Assembly: GCA_020137815.1 (NCBI GenBank)
Contig: CM035355.1
Span: forward strand, 8,060,001 to 8,124,000
Source of the DNA: Hormiphora californensis
Taxonomy: Eukaryota > Animalia > Ctenophora
Length of the DNA: 64,000 nucleotides
Reading direction: 5' to 3'
The position numbers and the translations under genes are program-made. The notes beneath the pieces were generated by a model. That model had not been told where the DNA came from. It worked only from the letters and a program-made list of their open reading frames with translations, and ran no database searches. Of the stretch, positions 14,801 to 28,517 are shown in pieces. Every line of letters begins with the position of its first letter. The stretch's first letter is position 1.

Positions 14801-14860
14801 TGATTGTATCACACAAACAGAATCCTGGTGCTGTTCTAGTGAGGGTGGTTCTTCTGACAT
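5483..14860 (-). CDS. IFI44/IFI44L-like protein (N-terminal TLDc domain + P-loop GTPase domain), spliced gene
   Basis: Manually assembled GT-AG exons with consistent phases: 14732-14860 and 14034-14234 (tentative N-terminal exons, MSEEPPSLEQ...), 9272-9369, 9001-9091 (ASIHGYDPVVFHSLCDKRGPSVTIV), 8596-8706 (LCFGCYTGAGW...DPKAFFF), 8302-8430, 7858-8021 (LHDVEVF...PWR), 7412-7518 + 6716-6819 (NILLLGPTGSGKSSLFNTFESTFKGHVTTRA, Walker A), 6493-6635 (VCDTP...ILDGHLSDR), 6167-6345 (KDEMHCVAMVLDA), 5483-5952 (IPLQLVLTKCD...PLKSY..., TGA). Motif order matches the IFI44 family. Confidence 0.85.
9365..10232. repeat. 58-bp intronic minisatellite, 15 copies, overlapping the exon 9272-9369 acceptor
   Basis: Unit GGGGGCTGGGCCTGGGACAACCCGTATTATATTAGTCATGGTGGTTGTGATTCATGAA. 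Confidence 0.95.
10968..11510 (-). CDS. Intronless secreted Cys-rich protein (~180 aa), nested in an intron of the IFI44-like gene
   Basis: ATG at 11510; hydrophobic signal-like MRVLVVLLIAIALCTNIAEA, basic GRRKNRRRK, Ala/Asp/Val-rich linker, 8-Cys C-terminal region (YC..GC..HQC..KCENCQC..NAC..PC) loosely VWC-like; non-repetitive open frame. Confidence 0.65.
   Translation of the reverse strand: MRVLVVLLIAIALCTNIAEAGRRKNRRRKNNNNAAVDTTTADVAADDAIKVVVAAPAADDADTPAVVTADEDDTPAAVVVAAPAVQTYCETSTGTKIAKGTIVEFGCFIHQCVEQEDGSLKLFTTEVSAEKLTPVTILIEGDRKHPGKCENCQCYMYQLEGLNLGTNACWRAGDKPCSEF
12184..12642 (+). CDS. Hypothetical basic 152-aa ORF, possibly a retroelement remnant
   Basis: ATG-initiated open frame with non-repetitive composition but no recognisable domain; downstream 13150-13320 has a weak resemblance to a LINE ORF2 C-terminus (RAIWN...FKKKIQTYL). 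Confidence 0.2.
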   Translation: MERATKIFNFFLNDNDKDTKKYPSKEELAGRFAKRFEESRRKGKKASGAPPKLTKQQSKRVQKRRVRASRSTAPIQKDGASDSTTLSSVETSKDYYNVPHYSTVQRYSLKTNTNKATVTLIKVKEWSGMDKFNNSNTAPALAQQAPPPSLLE

Positions 14861-15506
14861 GATTTAGAGCTGCATGGGAATAATACTGTGTTAGGGAAAT
14901 AAATAGTACAGTCGAACCCCGATTTACCGCGACCGGGATGCTATGGAGCTGTCAGGCCAATGCTCTGACAGCTTTGGTGCGTTCTGGCGTCGCCATGGGT
15001 ACACAGTTTTGATTCTCAACAGTGAGCTCAGATCGGCGCCTCAAGACAGCTCGGGGGAGGACGTCTTGGACACTTTGACAGCCGCACACTGAACACCACT
15101 CTGAATAACAACACTGTCAGAGCATTGAGTCAATGCTTCACCTGACAGTAACAACAACATGACACCTTAAGACACAACTGCAAATGCACGAGGGGCTGTT
15201 ATCGCGTGTTTTACTAAATACCAGGAACCCCTCAGGAACCCCCCCCCCCTCGGGAAGCAAGCAAAAGATAGGAAGAGAAAATGATAGGTAAATGAGAACT
15301 TGATAACCGCGTGGTTCCTATCACCATATATGGGCATCACGTGGCTGATAACCGCGTGCTACACCGGAAGTTCTAATGTTTTATAGGTGAGAACACAAAA
15401 CTGAAAACAGCAACAAATAATACGTGACAGAAACTGAAACTGCTATCTTGTAAAACCGGTGATATTTAGATTATCCGTAAATGAAAATATTCTCACGAGC
15501 TAGCTG

Positions 15507-15553
<47 letters not shown>

Positions 15554-15594
15554 AGAGGGAGAGAGGGAGAGAGAGAGAGGGAGAGAGAGAGAGT

Positions 15595-15673
<79 letters not shown>

Positions 15674-15856
15674 GGGAGAGGGAGGGAGAGAGAGAGAGAG
15701 GGAGAGAGAGGGAGAGAGAGGGAGAGAGAGAGGGAGAGGGAGGGAGAGAGAGAGAGAGAGAGAGTGTCGAGTCTCGCATTCACAGCTGTGATTTAATTTC
15801 TTATCTAGGAAGCTGCAAGCAGTTTCACAATGGGAGACATTCCTTTACAGTACGTG

Positions 15857-16408
15857 ACACAGTAACACAAACATGAATAACTAACATTGTGTTAGAAACA
15901 GTAACACAGACAATAACTAACATTGGGTTATAAACAGTAACACAAACAATAACTAACATTGTGTTAGAAACAGTAACACAGACAATAACTAACATTGTGT
16001 TAGAAACAGTAACACAGACAATACCTAACATTGTGTTAGAAACAGTAACACAGACAATAACTAACATTGTGTTAGAAACAGTAACACAAACATGAATAAC
16101 TAACATTGTGTTAGAAACAGTAACACAAACAATAACTAACATTGTGTTAGAAACAGTAACACAAACAATAACTAACATTGTGTTAGAAACAGTAACACAG
16201 ACAATAACTAACATTGTGTTAGAAACAGTAACACAAACAATAACTAACATTGTGTTAGAAACAGTAACACAAACAATAATTAACATTGTGTTAGAAACAG
16301 TAACACAAACAATAACTAACATTATGTTAGAAACAGTAACACAAACAATAACTAACATTGTGTTAGAAACAGTAACACAAACAATAACTAACATTGTGTT
16401 AGAAACAG
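15857..16408. repeat. 36-bp minisatellite, ~15 copies
   Basis: Unit CAGTAACACAAACAATAACTAACATTGTGTTAGAAA. Confidence 0.95.
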
Positions 16409-17383
16409 GGACAAAATACTATCACTGTCAATGGGGGTCTAGCTAGGCAAAGAAACATTATACTACTCACATAGGTTGCAATGGAGCCAAAGAAACAGTG
16501 CAGTATACTATTGTGTTAAAAAGGACAAGGACAAAGTACGACGAAAACATTTCCGATTCTACCACCGCTAAATTGTAAAACTCAAACTAAATATACCCTC
16601 ATTTGGGCTGTCTGGCGGCGCCAGAACCCAATTTGATTCTCAGATTTGAGCGGGCGACAGTGCACTCAGATGGGGTCGGTGGCGCCAGGCAGCACGTGGG
16701 TCTTGTGAAACAATTTCCACGATCATTGCTTCATCTTCGCTGATGAGAGGGTCTTTTTAGTTTGGGTTTTACTTTAGCTGTAGTACCAGTACAAAGTTAT
16801 AAAATCGAATCTAACTGAGGCAAAGAATCAGTTATGGCAAATATAATATAATGGCAATAACTTCAGATATATTTTACACCTTGCACACAAACATGCACTA
16901 GGAACCGATCGACACAAGTAAACAACCAATCAGAACTCGTTATTTAGGTCACGTGACTGGTTATCAGCCAATCAGGGACCAGTATTTCCTGATTCGGTTG
17001 GTTCCAAACATGCACTCTTGCAGCATGCACTCTCTCACTTGAAAGACCTAACAATCTTCTATATATAACTTCTCAGTTCCCATTTACCTCCTGACACCTG
17101 TAGTATAACAGGTCCTGCAGCACTTTTCACTAGTTTCACAAAATAAAGTCATTTCGTTTAACAGCGAAATCTATCTATACACAGAAGAAGAAAAAACAAC
17201 AACTGTCCACCGCCAGGGTAACAAACTCAACACCACGTGATACCCATATATGGCAATTCTCTTCAAATAACACGTGATGTCCATATATGGTAATTCTCTT
17301 CAAATAACACGTGATGTCCATATATGGCGATTCTCTCCCGATGACAATTATTCCTCTTTAGGACATCGCTTTTCTGTATTTAT

Positions 17384-20300
17384 TTAGTCTGTCTTGACCA
17401 CAGAGTAGATCTTATTAACGAAGAAGTAGCAGGAAATGAAACCAACAAATCCTGGGGAAGAGAGGGGTTAGAAATGGTTAGTTTTCGAATATTCTGGAAA
17501 AGACAGGTATTATAATAATGACTTCTTATGTTTTAACCCTACTTTACAGGGAGTGGTGAGAGAAGGCCGGGAACTCCCCCTAACAATAACCCTGCTGCTT
17601 CCTAGTTAGGAGCGCAGATTTGAAACTTCTTGAGCTCTTACCTGTTAGGAGGAAGAAGTAGATGGCCATGATGAGTGTATAACCAAAGAATATGAAGAGG
17701 GACGCTGCCCCCTCCATCTGGAGTCTTTCTGCGTAAAAGTAAACCTGAGGGAAGAGGGGGTTATTAGTCAATTATAGGGGGTGGGGGAGTTTTTAAGGGG
17801 AGAGAGGGAGGGTTGTTACGGGGAGGTAGGGGAAGTTAAGGGGCCGGGGGGGGGGGGGGGGGGGGGGGTTGTTAGTCAATAGGGGTTGTTATAACGGGGG
17901 GTGAGGGGGTAGAAAGAAGTATATTACATAACTTTAAGGACCGGATATAATATGTTAGAAACTCGAACCTAGCTGATACTTCCGGTTTGTGAGAAATTTC
18001 TAAAAAGGTTCGATTTATAAAAAGGGGGCAGCAGACTTGATAACACAATATGTTGTTAGAACACATTTGGCTTGAAGTTCATTTCTTATCGCGAGAGATA
18101 AAACCATGTATTATATGCAGGGACCCAGTTAAACCATGTATTATATGCAGGGACCAAGTTAAACCATGTATTATATGCAGGTACCAAGTTAAACCATGTA
18201 TTATATGCAGGGACCCAGTTAAACCATGTATTATATACAGGGTGTTCATTTCGGCTCAAAAACGGCAAAAATTGAGTCTTTCCAGCCACTTTTTACGAAA
18301 TTTTGAGTCCGAAAAACACATCCAATCTCCATGAAACTCTAGGATTGACATAGAAAATACCCAAAAAACATTTTAGCAAAGTCTCAGAATCAGCAAAAAA
18401 ATTCCTTCTGGTAGTTTTGATGCCAAAAACACACTTCCAGGGGTGCTAGAGCTCCAAAACCTCCAGGAACCTTGAATGAGGGTATAGAACGGTCCAAGTA
18501 TGAAGTTTCATGACCTAATCTTAACAACTTTTTTCTGGGTGGAGCCCAACGCTTGTAAAGATCCAAAATGAACACCGTGTACAGGGACCCAGTTAAACCA
18601 TGTATTATATGCAGGGACCCAGTTAAACCATGTATTATATGCAGGGACCCAGTTAAACCATGTAATATATGCAGGGACCCAGTTAAACCATGTAATATAT
18701 GCAGGGACCCAGTTAAACCATGTATTATATACAGGTTGGGAAGTGCTAATTTGAAGTCTCTAATCAGGGTGGATCTATTGGGACCGTGGGAAATATCTCG
18801 AAGTGATACTTGGGGTTTCCTCACGTTTATCTACCCATCTCTCACAGACAATGTGAGTCACACACCACTAACCAGGTGTAATCTAACTCACTATGCGGTA
18901 ACCATGGTAACCACTAACTCACTATGCGGTAACCATGGTAACCACTAACTCACTATGCGGTAACCATGGTAACCACTAACTCACAGCATATAGGAAGAAA
19001 TAAAGTGCTGAAGATCCGGAACTGAGGAAAGATCTCCACCACCAATGGTAATCCTCCGAACACAGATGGAAGTAGCAGAGGAGGATGGTAGTTTCGGCAC
19101 AGGTTATCACAAGGATAATGAATACCACAAACAGGAACCAAAACATGTAATAGATTTGGTGGGCCCTGGGGAGGAGAGGGGAGGGGGTTAGATTTGGTGG
19201 GCCCTGGGGAGGAGAGGGGTAATAGATTTGGTGGGCCCTGGGGAGGATAGAGGAGGGGGTTAGAGTGGTGTTAGGGAGAGGAGGGGTTAGAGTGGTAGTG
19301 GGGTTAGGGAGAGGAGGGGTTAGAGTGGGAGTGGTGTTAGGGAGAGGAGGGGTTAGAATGGGGACTGGGAAGGGGACTGGAGACTATGATTATCGGGAGA
19401 AGCGGATTTGGGGAAGTGGTTAGAGGGAGTTGTTGAGATGAACGAGGCTCCATGAAACGATTTCAAGTAATTCTTGTGGTCTAAGGAAGTAATCAACCTA
19501 ATACTAAAACGTTAATTTACCAGATGCTTGTAAAGATAAAGTAGAGCTGAATAAAGACACTTCCCACTGGGAGAACTCCACCCATCAGAATACCAGGGAT
19601 CTCTCTTGAGTAGAAATGATTGGGGTGGGATATGCCTGGGAATCTGGTTAGTTCGGGTGGGGATACTGGATAGCAGGTTGTCTGAATCCAAAGAATGCTC
19701 CAACGAAGGTCAGGGGAACTGAGATGCAGATCCTGTGGGGATAGAGAGAGGGTTAAATAAGTAGTGAGTGAGGGTTTATCATATGTCTATAGTTTTTATA
19801 ATTAGACTTAACGGTTAAACAAGATGTTATTATATAGTTTTTGATATTAGTTAAATTGAAATATTTCGTGTCACTACGTGGTTTCACCACATCAAACTAC
19901 CGACTGTGTGTGGGTGGAGATGAGGCTGTATCATCATGAAACCTCGGCCGCCAACCGGATCTCATTTGATCGCCTCAAAATGTCCACATTACGTACACTC
20001 ACAACTGCTGGCATTGAATGCTTTCCACTGCGCGCGGTTTCTGCGCGCTACTTACCATAGTGCGAGAACCCCCACTAGAGTTCCGAATGGGACGGCTGAA
20101 GAAGACCCTTCTCCCCATAGCACCAAATTGAGGACAAAGAAGATGCAAAACACGATACTGAGAGAGGGGTGAATGTGTTACGTAGTGGATCTAGGAACTA
20201 GAAATCAGTAGACCCCCATTTGGAACAGCTCAAAGGGAGAAAATCAGTACCAATAATCGTTACACCACCCATCCCTCCCTTTACCCCCTCCCCTTTTACT

Positions 20301-21921
20301 CCCCCTGTCCCCCTTACACCCTTGTTCCATGGGCAGAATTCTGCAAAATTTAGGCCGAATTACGCCTTTTAGGCTGAATTCTGAGGCCAAATTACGCCGC
20401 AGAATTACGCCTTGTGCATAGGCCGAATTACGCCTGAAAGGCGTAATTCGGCCTTTTTGGTAGCCCCTCGGGAGGGTGTTATCACACATCTAATTGATCA
20501 ATGAAATAACTTAGTAGATCTATCTCATAAACCCGATACCGACACACACAGACGTACAAACACACAGCCCTATATATTTCCCAGAGTTTTTTAGCTCGAC
20601 ATGATGAAAATGATTGCCAGTAAATTTGATATGAAATTTCATGAACTCTAAAATATTATATATATTATATGTATAATATGAAACTGGGGAGAGAGAAATG
20701 AGCACAAGGAAGTCTGCCAGGAATTTTGGGACCTGTATTTGGGGGAATTCTAGGACCTGTATTTGGGGGAATTCTAGGACCTGTATTTGGGGGAATTCTA
20801 GGACCTGCATTTGGGGGAATTCTAGGACCTGTATTTAGGGGGATTTCTAGGACCTGTATTTGGGCCTGGGGGAGGGAGAATTTAAAGGAAGCAAATCTAC
20901 CAGTCTTGCAGTTGGGGAGGGATGAACACAAGCTAGTTTGCCAGTGTCTAGGTCTTACAGTTGGGGGGGGGGGGGGGATGAACATTGAACACAGGCTAGT
21001 TTACCCAGGAACTCGACTAGGTCTTGTAGTGGGGGGGGGGGGGGAATGAACACAATCTAGCCTGAAAAGAAGTCTAGATCTTGCAGTTTAGGAGAGAGGA
21101 ATGAACACAAGCTAGTTAGCCAGGAACTCTAGGTCTTGTAGGGGGATGAACACGAGCTAGTTAGCCAGGAACCCTAGGTCTTGCAGTTGGGGGGGATGAA
21201 CACATGTTAGCCTGACAAGAAATCTAGATCTTGCAGTTTGGGAGAGATAAATTATGTCATGACAGTTATACTGAAGAGAAGCGATCCATGATTAGCACTG
21301 TAAAACTGATACAGGAGATTGTCACTGGAGAGGTCAGAGGACTGGGTTGGAAAAGGGCTTGGCCAATTATACATTTTTGATTTCTAACTCTTTATCTCAG
21401 AGTTGGAAAAGGGCTTGGCTGACATATGGTTTTCGTACAAGGTATTGTTAGAACAAAACCCTTCACTGAGTAGTAGGTGGTCAATGGTCATACAAGATTG
21501 CTATCACCTACACACAACCTTATCACGCTTAATTAGGGCGTGAAAAGCATCTCACACAGACAGACAAATTCGAGAGTTTGTACGTCTGTGTGTCGGTATT
21601 TTTCTTCCCGTGGAACCGCGGTGCTCACTTTCGAATGGCAGACTCTTTTGCAGAATTCTGCCCATGGAACTAGGGGGTAACCCTCCATCCCTTTATCCTC
21701 CATCCCTTTTACCTGCCCTTTATCTTAGTATTGGGTTTCAAACTTACGCTGGCACAAAGTGGGCCGTTAGTAATACATTGGTCTTCCATCTCTCGCCACC
21801 AAAACCTGGGAAAGTAGTTCAAATGTAAAGGAGGGTTAGAACATAACAAGGAGTGAAAAGAGTAATCTGTCAGTAATTCTCATTTACTGTAACTGTACAC
21901 ACAGACACACACACACACACA

Positions 21922-21958
<37 letters not shown>

Positions 21959-22735
21959 ATGCATAACAAGGTCAGAGCACCGCAATACACAGTAAACACG
22001 CAGATTGTTATTCGAATAGAGGGGGGGGGGGGGGGGGGTGCAGCCCCAAAAAAAATCAAACATTTTCCGAAACCCAGGGTATGGTTGGTTTTTTTGGTTT
22101 TTTTTTGGTTGAAATTTCTTTGATTTTTTTTGGTCGTTTTTGATTTTTTTGATCGTTTTTGATTTTTTTTGAATTTTTTTGATCGTTTTTGAATTTTTTT
22201 GATCGTTTTTGATTTTTTTTGAATTTTTTTGATCGTTTTTGATTTTTTAATGTTTAATGTTGAACAAAAAAGTTCAAAAAAAAATCAAAAACGATCAAAT
22301 AAAATCAAAAACGATCAAAAAAGTTCAAAAAAGTTCAAAAAAAATCAAAAACGATCAAAAAAGATCAAAACTGTAACTGTACACACATACACACAGACAC
22401 ACACACAATCATGCATAACAAGGTCAGAATACCGCAATAAACAGTAAACACTAAACACGCAGAATGTTATTCGAATAGAATTATAACACTAATAAATAAT
22501 TAGATGTTGCACTTAGTATAACAGACAGACAGACTGACAGAAAGACTAGACATACATCACTGCGCTGGCAAGCGCAAATATTGCCATCCCCCCAAAGCGC
22601 CGCCAGAAACGCAGTTATACGTTTTATGGATGTTTGGGCTGAAAACCCAGATTTTAGAAGGCTATAGCGTGGCTCCCTTTCATCCATTTGACTTGAAAAC
22701 ATACATACATAAAGACAGACAGACGGACAGACATG

Positions 22736-22776
<41 letters not shown>

Positions 22777-22804
22777 TACATACAGACAGACATGAGACAG
22801 ACAG

Positions 22805-22838
<34 letters not shown>

Positions 22839-22850
22839 AGATAGACAGGC

Positions 22851-22883
<33 letters not shown>

Positions 22884-22927
22884 TACAGACAGACAGACAT
22901 GAGACATACAGACAGACAGACAGACAT

Positions 22928-22966
<39 letters not shown>

Positions 22967-23089
22967 TACAGACAGACAGCCAGACATACAGACAGACAGA
23001 CAGACAGACGGACAGACATGAGACATACAGACAGACATACATACAGACAGACAGACAGACAGACAGACAGACGGACAGACATGAGACAT

Positions 23090-23135
<46 letters not shown>

Positions 23136-23270
23136 GGACAGACATGAGACATACAGACAGATAGACAGACATGAGACATACAGACAGACAGACAGATAGA
23201 AAGACTAGACATACAGACGGACAGACAGACATTAGACAGACATTAGACAGACATGAGACAGACAGACATG

Positions 23271-23307
<37 letters not shown>

Positions 23308-23355
23308 TGAGACAGACAGACAGACAGACAGACAGACATACAGACAGCCAGACAT

Positions 23356-23393
<38 letters not shown>

Positions 23394-23469
23394 GGACAGA
23401 CATGAGACATACAGACAGACATACATACAGACAGACAGACAGACAGACAGACGGACAGACATGAGACAT

Positions 23470-23503
<34 letters not shown>

Positions 23504-23665
23504 GGACAGACATGAGACATACAGACAGATAGACAGACATGAGACATACAGACAGACAGACAGATAGAAAGACTAGACATACAGACGGACAGACAGACAT
23601 TAGACAGACATTAGACAGACATGAGACAGACAGACATGAGACAGACAGACAGACAGACAGACATG

Positions 23666-23705
<40 letters not shown>

Positions 23706-26700
23706 GGACAGACATGAGACAGACATACAGACAGACATACAGACAGACACTTACTCTTGTATATCCTTGCAGCGGTATATCCGGCAGGAGACCCCAGACA
23801 GACGTACATGACAACTCCAGCACTCAGGAGGAATCCTCTGTTGCCAGGGTACAGGAAACCAAGACAGGCAATAGCTGAAACAGAGTTGTGTGTTTTGAAT
23901 GAGATCATTGTCAGGTCATCTTTTTCCCACTTTTCCTCTTACTTCCCGTCCCTCTCCTCTTCCCATTCCTATCCTTCCCTCCTCTCCCCAGTCCCCCGCC
24001 CCTCCTACTGCATATCCCTCTCTTCCTCCCCTCCTACCCAGTCTACCTACCTATTCTGCCCCTTTTTTTTAGAATGAAGTATTTGCATTTTTTAAGTTTC
24101 GAGAAAATCGACTTTAAAGTTTTTTAGAGGGTTTTTCGGAACTAAAATTGTCATAGAAGCCCAAATAGTACGTCAAACGATTTATGACTTATACCACAAG
24201 AATCCTGAAGGAATTCTGCAGGACTTCCAATTATCAGCTATCATCAAATTTGTCTCAAATTGATGTCAGGCATCAAAATTGATGCCTTACTCTGTTGGTT
24301 ACTTCACTTATATTACAGTTTTGAAAATACTTCCGTTGCTAGACTGATATCGACTGAAGCATAATTTTTCGTGGTAGATACTTCAGTAATTACTTCACTC
24401 AAAAAAATACTTCATCATAATAGCAACAAAAGCACCTAAAAAGTACTTCACTTGCATATACTTCAGTAATTACTTCATTCCTAAAAATACTTCTTCAGAA
24501 CTGTATTCAAAATGCCTAAAAGTAACTTAATCGAACAAAAGTGTACATGTGCTTCAAAATCGCAATCTTACTTCAATATTTTGGATAAAATCACAAACGA
24601 AGTTAATTTTCATTTAACACGCAGTGAAGTATAAAATGTGTTAGAATTCTTGCTAGTCTTGAAAGTAACTCCAGAGCAGCAGCTGCAGACAAACAGACGC
24701 ACAGACAAACAGACGCACAAATTACAACTGCAGCTGCTGCAGCCTGCAGCAGCCTGCAGCAGCATAAAGAGATGGGCCGCCCGCCCTTCGGGCGGAATGT
24801 TAAAATCATGGTGCTGATAAATTGAGCGAAAACAGAAAAACGCTATGGCAACCCTCAAACTAAGACGAACCTGCAGATAAAATCTGGAAGATTAATCTGT
24901 TCCGGTACGAGTCATACTTTGAAATTGGTTGAGTTCGGCTTGTAATATCAGAGTGAAACATGGAGATTGGAGATTCAAGAATTTTCTTCCGACCTCTACA
25001 CAGGTCCGTGTTCATAAAATATGACAGACATACAAACAGATCACAGACATACAAACAGATCACAGACAGACACACAGACAGACACACAGGCCAGTTCATT
25101 ACATGTTTTAACAATCGATTGGCTGATAACCAGTCACGTGACCTGAATAATGAGCTCGGATTGGTTGTTTATTTGGTCCGGTCGGTTGCTGAGAGATAGA
25201 GAAAGGGTCTGACAGAGAGATAATATCGATGAGAGGGAACGGGAGTGAGATTGTCTCCATTCGGGTTATTCACGAAGAGGAGTATTTGTCTAGGAGTGTG
25301 GGAATGTAAGGACAGAACAGTTAGATGACAATATATTTTGTTAATATTTGGATGATTTGTATCCGTATTCTTTAATTTTTTACAAACATTTCAAATTCCC
25401 GTGAGTGTGATAGTTCAGTGACATGGGAGACAGTGGGAGGCAAAGTGACAGGGGTTACAATGGGAGGCAAAGTGACAGGGGTTACAATTGGAGATAAGGT
25501 GACAGGGGTGACAAAGGGATATAAGGTGACAGGCCCTCACTCACCCCCCTTCCCCAGGTCATCCTGCCTCCTAACTCACCCCCTTCCCCAGGTCATCCTG
25601 CCTCCTAACTCACCCCCCTTCCCCAGGTCATCCTGCCTCCTAACTCACCCCCCTTCCCTAGGTCATCCTGACCCCTAACTCACCCCCCTTCCCTAGGTCA
25701 TCCTGCCTCCTAACTCACCCCCTTCCCCAGGTCATCCTGCCTCCTAACTCACCCCCTTCCCCAGGTCATCCTGCCTCCTAACCAAACGCTAGGGCAATAA
25801 CTTATAAAACCTTATGAGGTCAGTGTTTGACAACACTGTTTGTGGTGTCTCTCTCTCTTTGTCTCAGAGTGACACTCTTACATAGAGATAATCCCAGAAT
25901 CATGATCACCCCGGCCCCCAGACATCTCTTCTCCACTTGTTGAGTTACTGGTTGTGTTGTGTCGTTACGACAGTACGGTACTGGAACATAATGCTACCTT
26001 TGAATGTGGGGTTCTAAGTTCGAAGAATGAGATTGGAGTGACGTAGTTGTGACGGTGAGGATGAGTAATTCGAGATGTGAACGATAATTATAATTACTCA
26101 GAATAGAATAATTATTATAGGGATCGCCTCCGTTCGACCTTCATCATGATGATGCTGCAGCAAAGAACAAATCTTGGAAATTACTTCATTTGGCCGGACT
26201 TGTGTTATAAATGGCACATATTATAATAAAAAATGAAGTATTCTTAAGTTATGAAGTATTTTTTCTGGATGCGACAAGAAGCATTTGAATTCCACAGATT
26301 TATGAAGCATTTTCAAATTGAAGTAAATGAAGTGAAGTATCTTCTGATTTGAAAATACTTCAAACAAAATCTGCAACTGATTTATGAAGCATTTTCAAAT
26401 TGAAGTAAATGAAGTGAAGTATCTTCTGAGTGGACAATACTTCAAACAAAATCTGCAGCTGATTGAAGTATTTCAATAGAATTTTTTAAATGAAGCAAAC
26501 AACTGAAGCAAATTTTTCTGCGGTTATTACTTCTATGGTAGAAAAGTTTAACGAAGCAGTATTTATTTCCGAATTATATTAGCGAAGCAATTGCCATTTG
26601 CTTCACTTTTCTGCAGTTTTTCAAAAATAAAAGTACTTCACAAAAAACACTTCACTCTATTTTTTGAAGATTGAGACACGAGACTTAGCCCATCTTGTAG

Positions 26701-27630
26701 ATCTTTTTCTCCTGATCAAGATGGTATAAATAACTCAAAATCGCCAAAATTGCAAATACTTCATTCTAAAAAAAAGGGGCAGTATTGTGACGGATATCAT
26801 GAAGAAGACCTGTGCCCCACTGCCACGTGACACAGAGCACCATATATGGGCATCACGTGACACCCAGTCTACCTACCTATTGTGACGGATATCATGAAGA
26901 AGACCTGTGCCCCACTGCCACGTGACACAGAGCACCATATATGGGCATCACGTGACACCCAGTCTACCTACCTATTGTGACGGATATCATAAAGAAGACC
27001 TGTGCCCCACTGCCACGTGACACAGAGCACCATATATGGGCATCACGTGACACCCAGTCTACCTACCTATTGTGACGGATATCATGAAGAAGACCTGTGC
27101 CCCACTGCCACGTGACACAGAGCACCATATATGGGCATCACGTGACACCCAGTCTACCTACCTATTGTGACGGATATCATGAAGAAGACCTGTGCCCCGC
27201 TTCCAATAAGGACACTCAACATCATCCCTTTCCTGGGAGGTCTGAACACGTCTCCATGAACCAACTTCCAACCGAACTCCTCCTGAGGGTCTTCCTGTGA
27301 GGGGGGGGGGGGGGGTTAGAGCCATATATGTGAATCACGTGGGGGGGGGGGGGGGTTAGAGCCATATATGTGAATCAGCGTGGGGGAGGGGGGGGGGTTA
27401 GAGCCATATATGGGCATCACGTGGGGGGGGGGGGTTATAGCCATATATGGGCATCACGTGTGGGGGGGGGGGGGGTTATAGCCATATATGGGCATCACGT
27501 GTGGGGGGGGGGGGGGTTAGAGCCATATATGTGGCTCTAACCACATGTTCTCTCTCTCTCACTGTCAGCCTACTGTTGCTACGTGAGCAGGGTTAAATCC
27601 CCCGAGCCCGGATCCTGTTGGATCTGAGGG

Positions 27631-27697
<67 letters not shown>

Positions 27698-28469
27698 CCC
27701 AGAAGGCACTAGTTGGTGCCCAGGAGCAGTTACTTAAACTGCAGGAGCAGCTCTTGGAGAAGAGAGAGGAAGTGATTACAGAGGTACAGATTATTGCAAA
27801 AGAGGAAATTCATAGCTTCTCATCTGCGTTGAAGAGGGAATGCGAGACAGCCTTGGCTCCTAGTAGGATCCAGAAGGCCGTTGCTGCAGCAAGCGAGGAT
27901 AGGTCGTGTAATATTGTCATCCACGGGCTGACTGACAGTCCTGGAGACAGCGAGGAACTGTTACCGGAGCTGTGGACAACACTCGCGGAGAAACCTCTTG
28001 TGAAACGTGCTCAGCGGTTGGGAAGATTTTCAGCAGGCCAGACTAGACCCCTGAAGTTAACCCTGACAAGTAAGGAGATGCAGTCGTGTATTCTTGGTAA
28101 GAAGACACGACTTAGAGAGAGTGAAGTGTTTTCCCGAGTTTATATCTCTCCCGACCTTACTTCTGAGGAGAGAGCGGCTCGGGCGGTCCTAGTGAAAAAG
28201 TTGAAAGAGGAGAAGGAGCGGAGCCCTGGGAAGTCGTTTAGGATCAAAAAGGGCGAGGTGGTGGAGGTCTCCTCGGGGACACAGTAGTACTTACTGAGAG
28301 TGCTATTCATTTAAGTTTCTTCTTTTCATTTATTTCATTAAATTGCCTTCTTTGTTTGCTATAGTGTTCCTGTTGTTATCTATTAGACCAGCAGGAACAT
28401 TCCAACGGGTCCATTACTAAAGTGGATTCCAAGCTACTTCAGCTAAACCTTGTCAAAGGTAATCAAAGG

Positions 28470-28517
<48 letters not shown>

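Noticed and set aside
15471-16446. SLSL/RERE and VCVTVSNT ORFs
   Set aside because: Translations of (GA)n and the 36-bp array.
22481-23750. SVCL-repeat ORFs
   Set aside because: Translation of the (GACA)n microsatellite.
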